Positions 16,387 to 17,756 of a stretch of DNA of 17,756 nt are shown here, in pieces. Every line of letters starts with the position of its first letter. Position 1 is the stretch's first letter. The position numbers and the translations under genes were made by a program. Source of the stretch: Myxococcota bacterium. GTDB lineage: Bacteria > Myxococcota > JACRCW01. The stretch covers positions 1-17,756 of the forward strand of contig JBFMGU010000215.1 in NCBI GenBank assembly GCA_040752415.1. Direction: 5' to 3'. The notes below the pieces were generated by a model that was not told where the DNA came from, did not search any database, and worked only from the letters and a program-made list of their open reading frames with translations.

Positions 16387-17756
16387 ATGGCTGACGGCGC
16401 GTTCGTCCCCTTCCGGCTGGGCCGCTACGACGTGCTCATCCCGCTGGGGAAGGGCGGCATGGCGGAAGTGTTCCTGGCCGAGCAGCGCGGCGTGGCCGGG
16501 TTTGCGCGACTGGTGACAATCAAGCGCATCCGCACCAACCTCTGCGACGACGAGATGTACATCAAGATGTTCGTGGATGAGGCCAACCTCATGGTCAACA
16601 TCCACCATCCCAACGTCGTGCAGGTGATGGAGCTGAGCGAGGAGGGCAAGGACCTCTACATGGTCCTGGAGTACGTGGACGGCTGCGACCTGGCCCACGC
16701 GCTCAAGAAACGCCGCGACCCATTCGAGCCGCTGCCGCTGCGCCTGGGCCTGTACGTGATGTGGAGCCTGTTGCGCGGGCTCACCCAGGCGCACGAGGCG
16801 CGCTCTCCGACGGGGGAGCCGCTCGGGCTCATCCACCGCGACGTCACGCCGGGCAACGTGCTCATCAACCGCGCGGGCATGGTGAAGCTGGCGGACTTTG
16901 GCGTGGCCAAGGCGGCGGGGCGACTCACCCAGACGGCGGCGGGGCAGATCAAGGGCAAGCTGGGCTACATGGCGCCGGAGACGCTGACCGTGGCCGACGT
17001 GGACCAGCGCAGCGACATCTTCAGCGCGGGCGCGCTGTTCTGGGAGGTCCTCGTCGGCAAGGCGCTGTTCCCGGGGCCCTCACCGGCGGCGGTGATGAAG
17101 GCCATCGTCGAAGAGCCCATTCCACCGCCTTCCACGGTGCGAGATGACGTTCCCGCCGACGTGGACCGCGTGGTGATGCACGCGCTGGAGAAGGACCCCG
17201 CCCGTCGGCCGCAGTCGGTGCGTGAGCTGGAGGCGGCGGTGTTTCCGCTCCTCGGCGGCGCGCAGCCCGACGCCTTGGCGCAGGAGCTCGGCGCGTGGCT
17301 GCAGGCCAACGTTCCGCTGCGTGCTCCGTCGGAGATTGCCGTGCTGCCGCGACCCGGTGGCGGCACGCCGGACTCCTTTGGTTTTGGCAAACCGGTCTCC
17401 GTTCCCGGTGCGCCGGCCTTTGGAAAACCCGTCTCCGTCCCCGGCGCGCCCGCGTTCGGGCGGCCCACTTCCGTGGTGGAGGCCCCGTCCTTTGGCACGC
17501 CCCGGTCCGTGGCGGGTGTTCCCCCGACGGGCGAGGGGCCCGAGGGTGGTCGCACCCTGCGATTGGGCGCGGTCCCGGCGCCGCCGCCGTCGTCGTCGGA
17601 AGGACACACGCCGCCGCCCTCCGCGGTGCGTCCCGCGCAGATGGACGCCACGCTCTTCGACCCGCGCGCGCCCTCGCTCTCCGTCGCCACGCCGCCCCCG
17701 CCCGCGGCCCCCGCCAAACCCGCCGCACCTCCCCCCGACGACGACTTCTTCTCGGT
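16387..17756 (+). CDS. Hanks-type Ser/Thr protein kinase (partial; runs off the window and is absent from the ORF track)
   Basis: Manual translation from ATG 16387: MADGAFVPFRLGRYDVLIPLGKGGMAEVFLA...VTIKRI...HPNVV...IHRDVTPGNVL...KLADFGVAK...KGKLGYMAPE...SDIFSAG, then a Pro-rich tail; no in-frame stop seen. Confidence 0.93.
   Translation, partial: MADGAFVPFRLGRYDVLIPLGKGGMAEVFLAEQRGVAGFARLVTIKRIRTNLCDDEMYIKMFVDEANLMVNIHHPNVVQVMELSEEGKDLYMVLEYVDGCDLAHALKKRRDPFEPLPLRLGLYVMWSLLRGLTQAHEARSPTGEPLGLIHRDVTPGNVLINRAGMVKLADFGVAKAAGRLTQTAAGQIKGKLGYMAPETLTVADVDQRSDIFSAGALFWEVLVGKALFPGPSPAAVMKAIVEEPIPPPSTVRDDVPADVDRVVMHALEKDPARRPQSVRELEAAVFPLLGGAQPDALAQELGAWLQANVPLRAPSEIAVLPRPGGGTPDSFGFGKPVSVPGAPAFGKPVSVPGAPAFGRPTSVVEAPSFGTPRSVAGVPPTGEGPEGGRTLRLGAVPAPPPSSSEGHTPPPSAVRPAQMDATLFDPRAPSLSVATPPPPAAPAKPAAPPPDDDFFS
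17383..17526 (+). repeat. 36-nt coding tandem repeat, 4 copies
   Basis: FGKPVSVPGAPA / FGKPVSVPGAPA / FGRPTSVVEAPS / FGTPRSVAGVPP. Confidence 0.8.

Noticed and set aside
16075..17728. Minus-strand ORFs at the right end
   Set aside because: Antisense to the clear plus-strand kinase starting at 16387.

Overview
High-GC window with gene content typical of Myxococcota (inference from the Hanks-type kinases, Cys-rich lipoproteins and STAS/SEC14 protein). On the minus strand it holds: a PAS/CckA-like histidine kinase whose receiver domain breaks off into lower-GC sequence at the window start; a ~1372-aa lipoprotein with a poly-Ser stalk and six ~210-aa beta-helix modules; a translationally coupled six-gene stressosome operon in rearranged order (extended rsbT, rsbX, rsbS, rsbR, a STAS/SEC14-like gene, a second rsbT-like kinase; no rsbU/V/W or sigma factor here); a fasciclin lipoprotein; and a DUF2760 + atypical Hsp70 pair followed by a glycine-zipper membrane protein. 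On the plus strand it holds two Ser/Thr kinases (the second is absent from the ORF track and runs off the end) and a lipoprotein with three tandem C-C-CC-C-C modules. The best candidates for an undescribed system are the two-kinase stressosome variant and a possible membrane-anchored GrpE-like/Hsp70 chaperone module. No rRNA, tRNA, CRISPR array or transposase was seen. All family calls come from motif recognition by eye; no searches were run.
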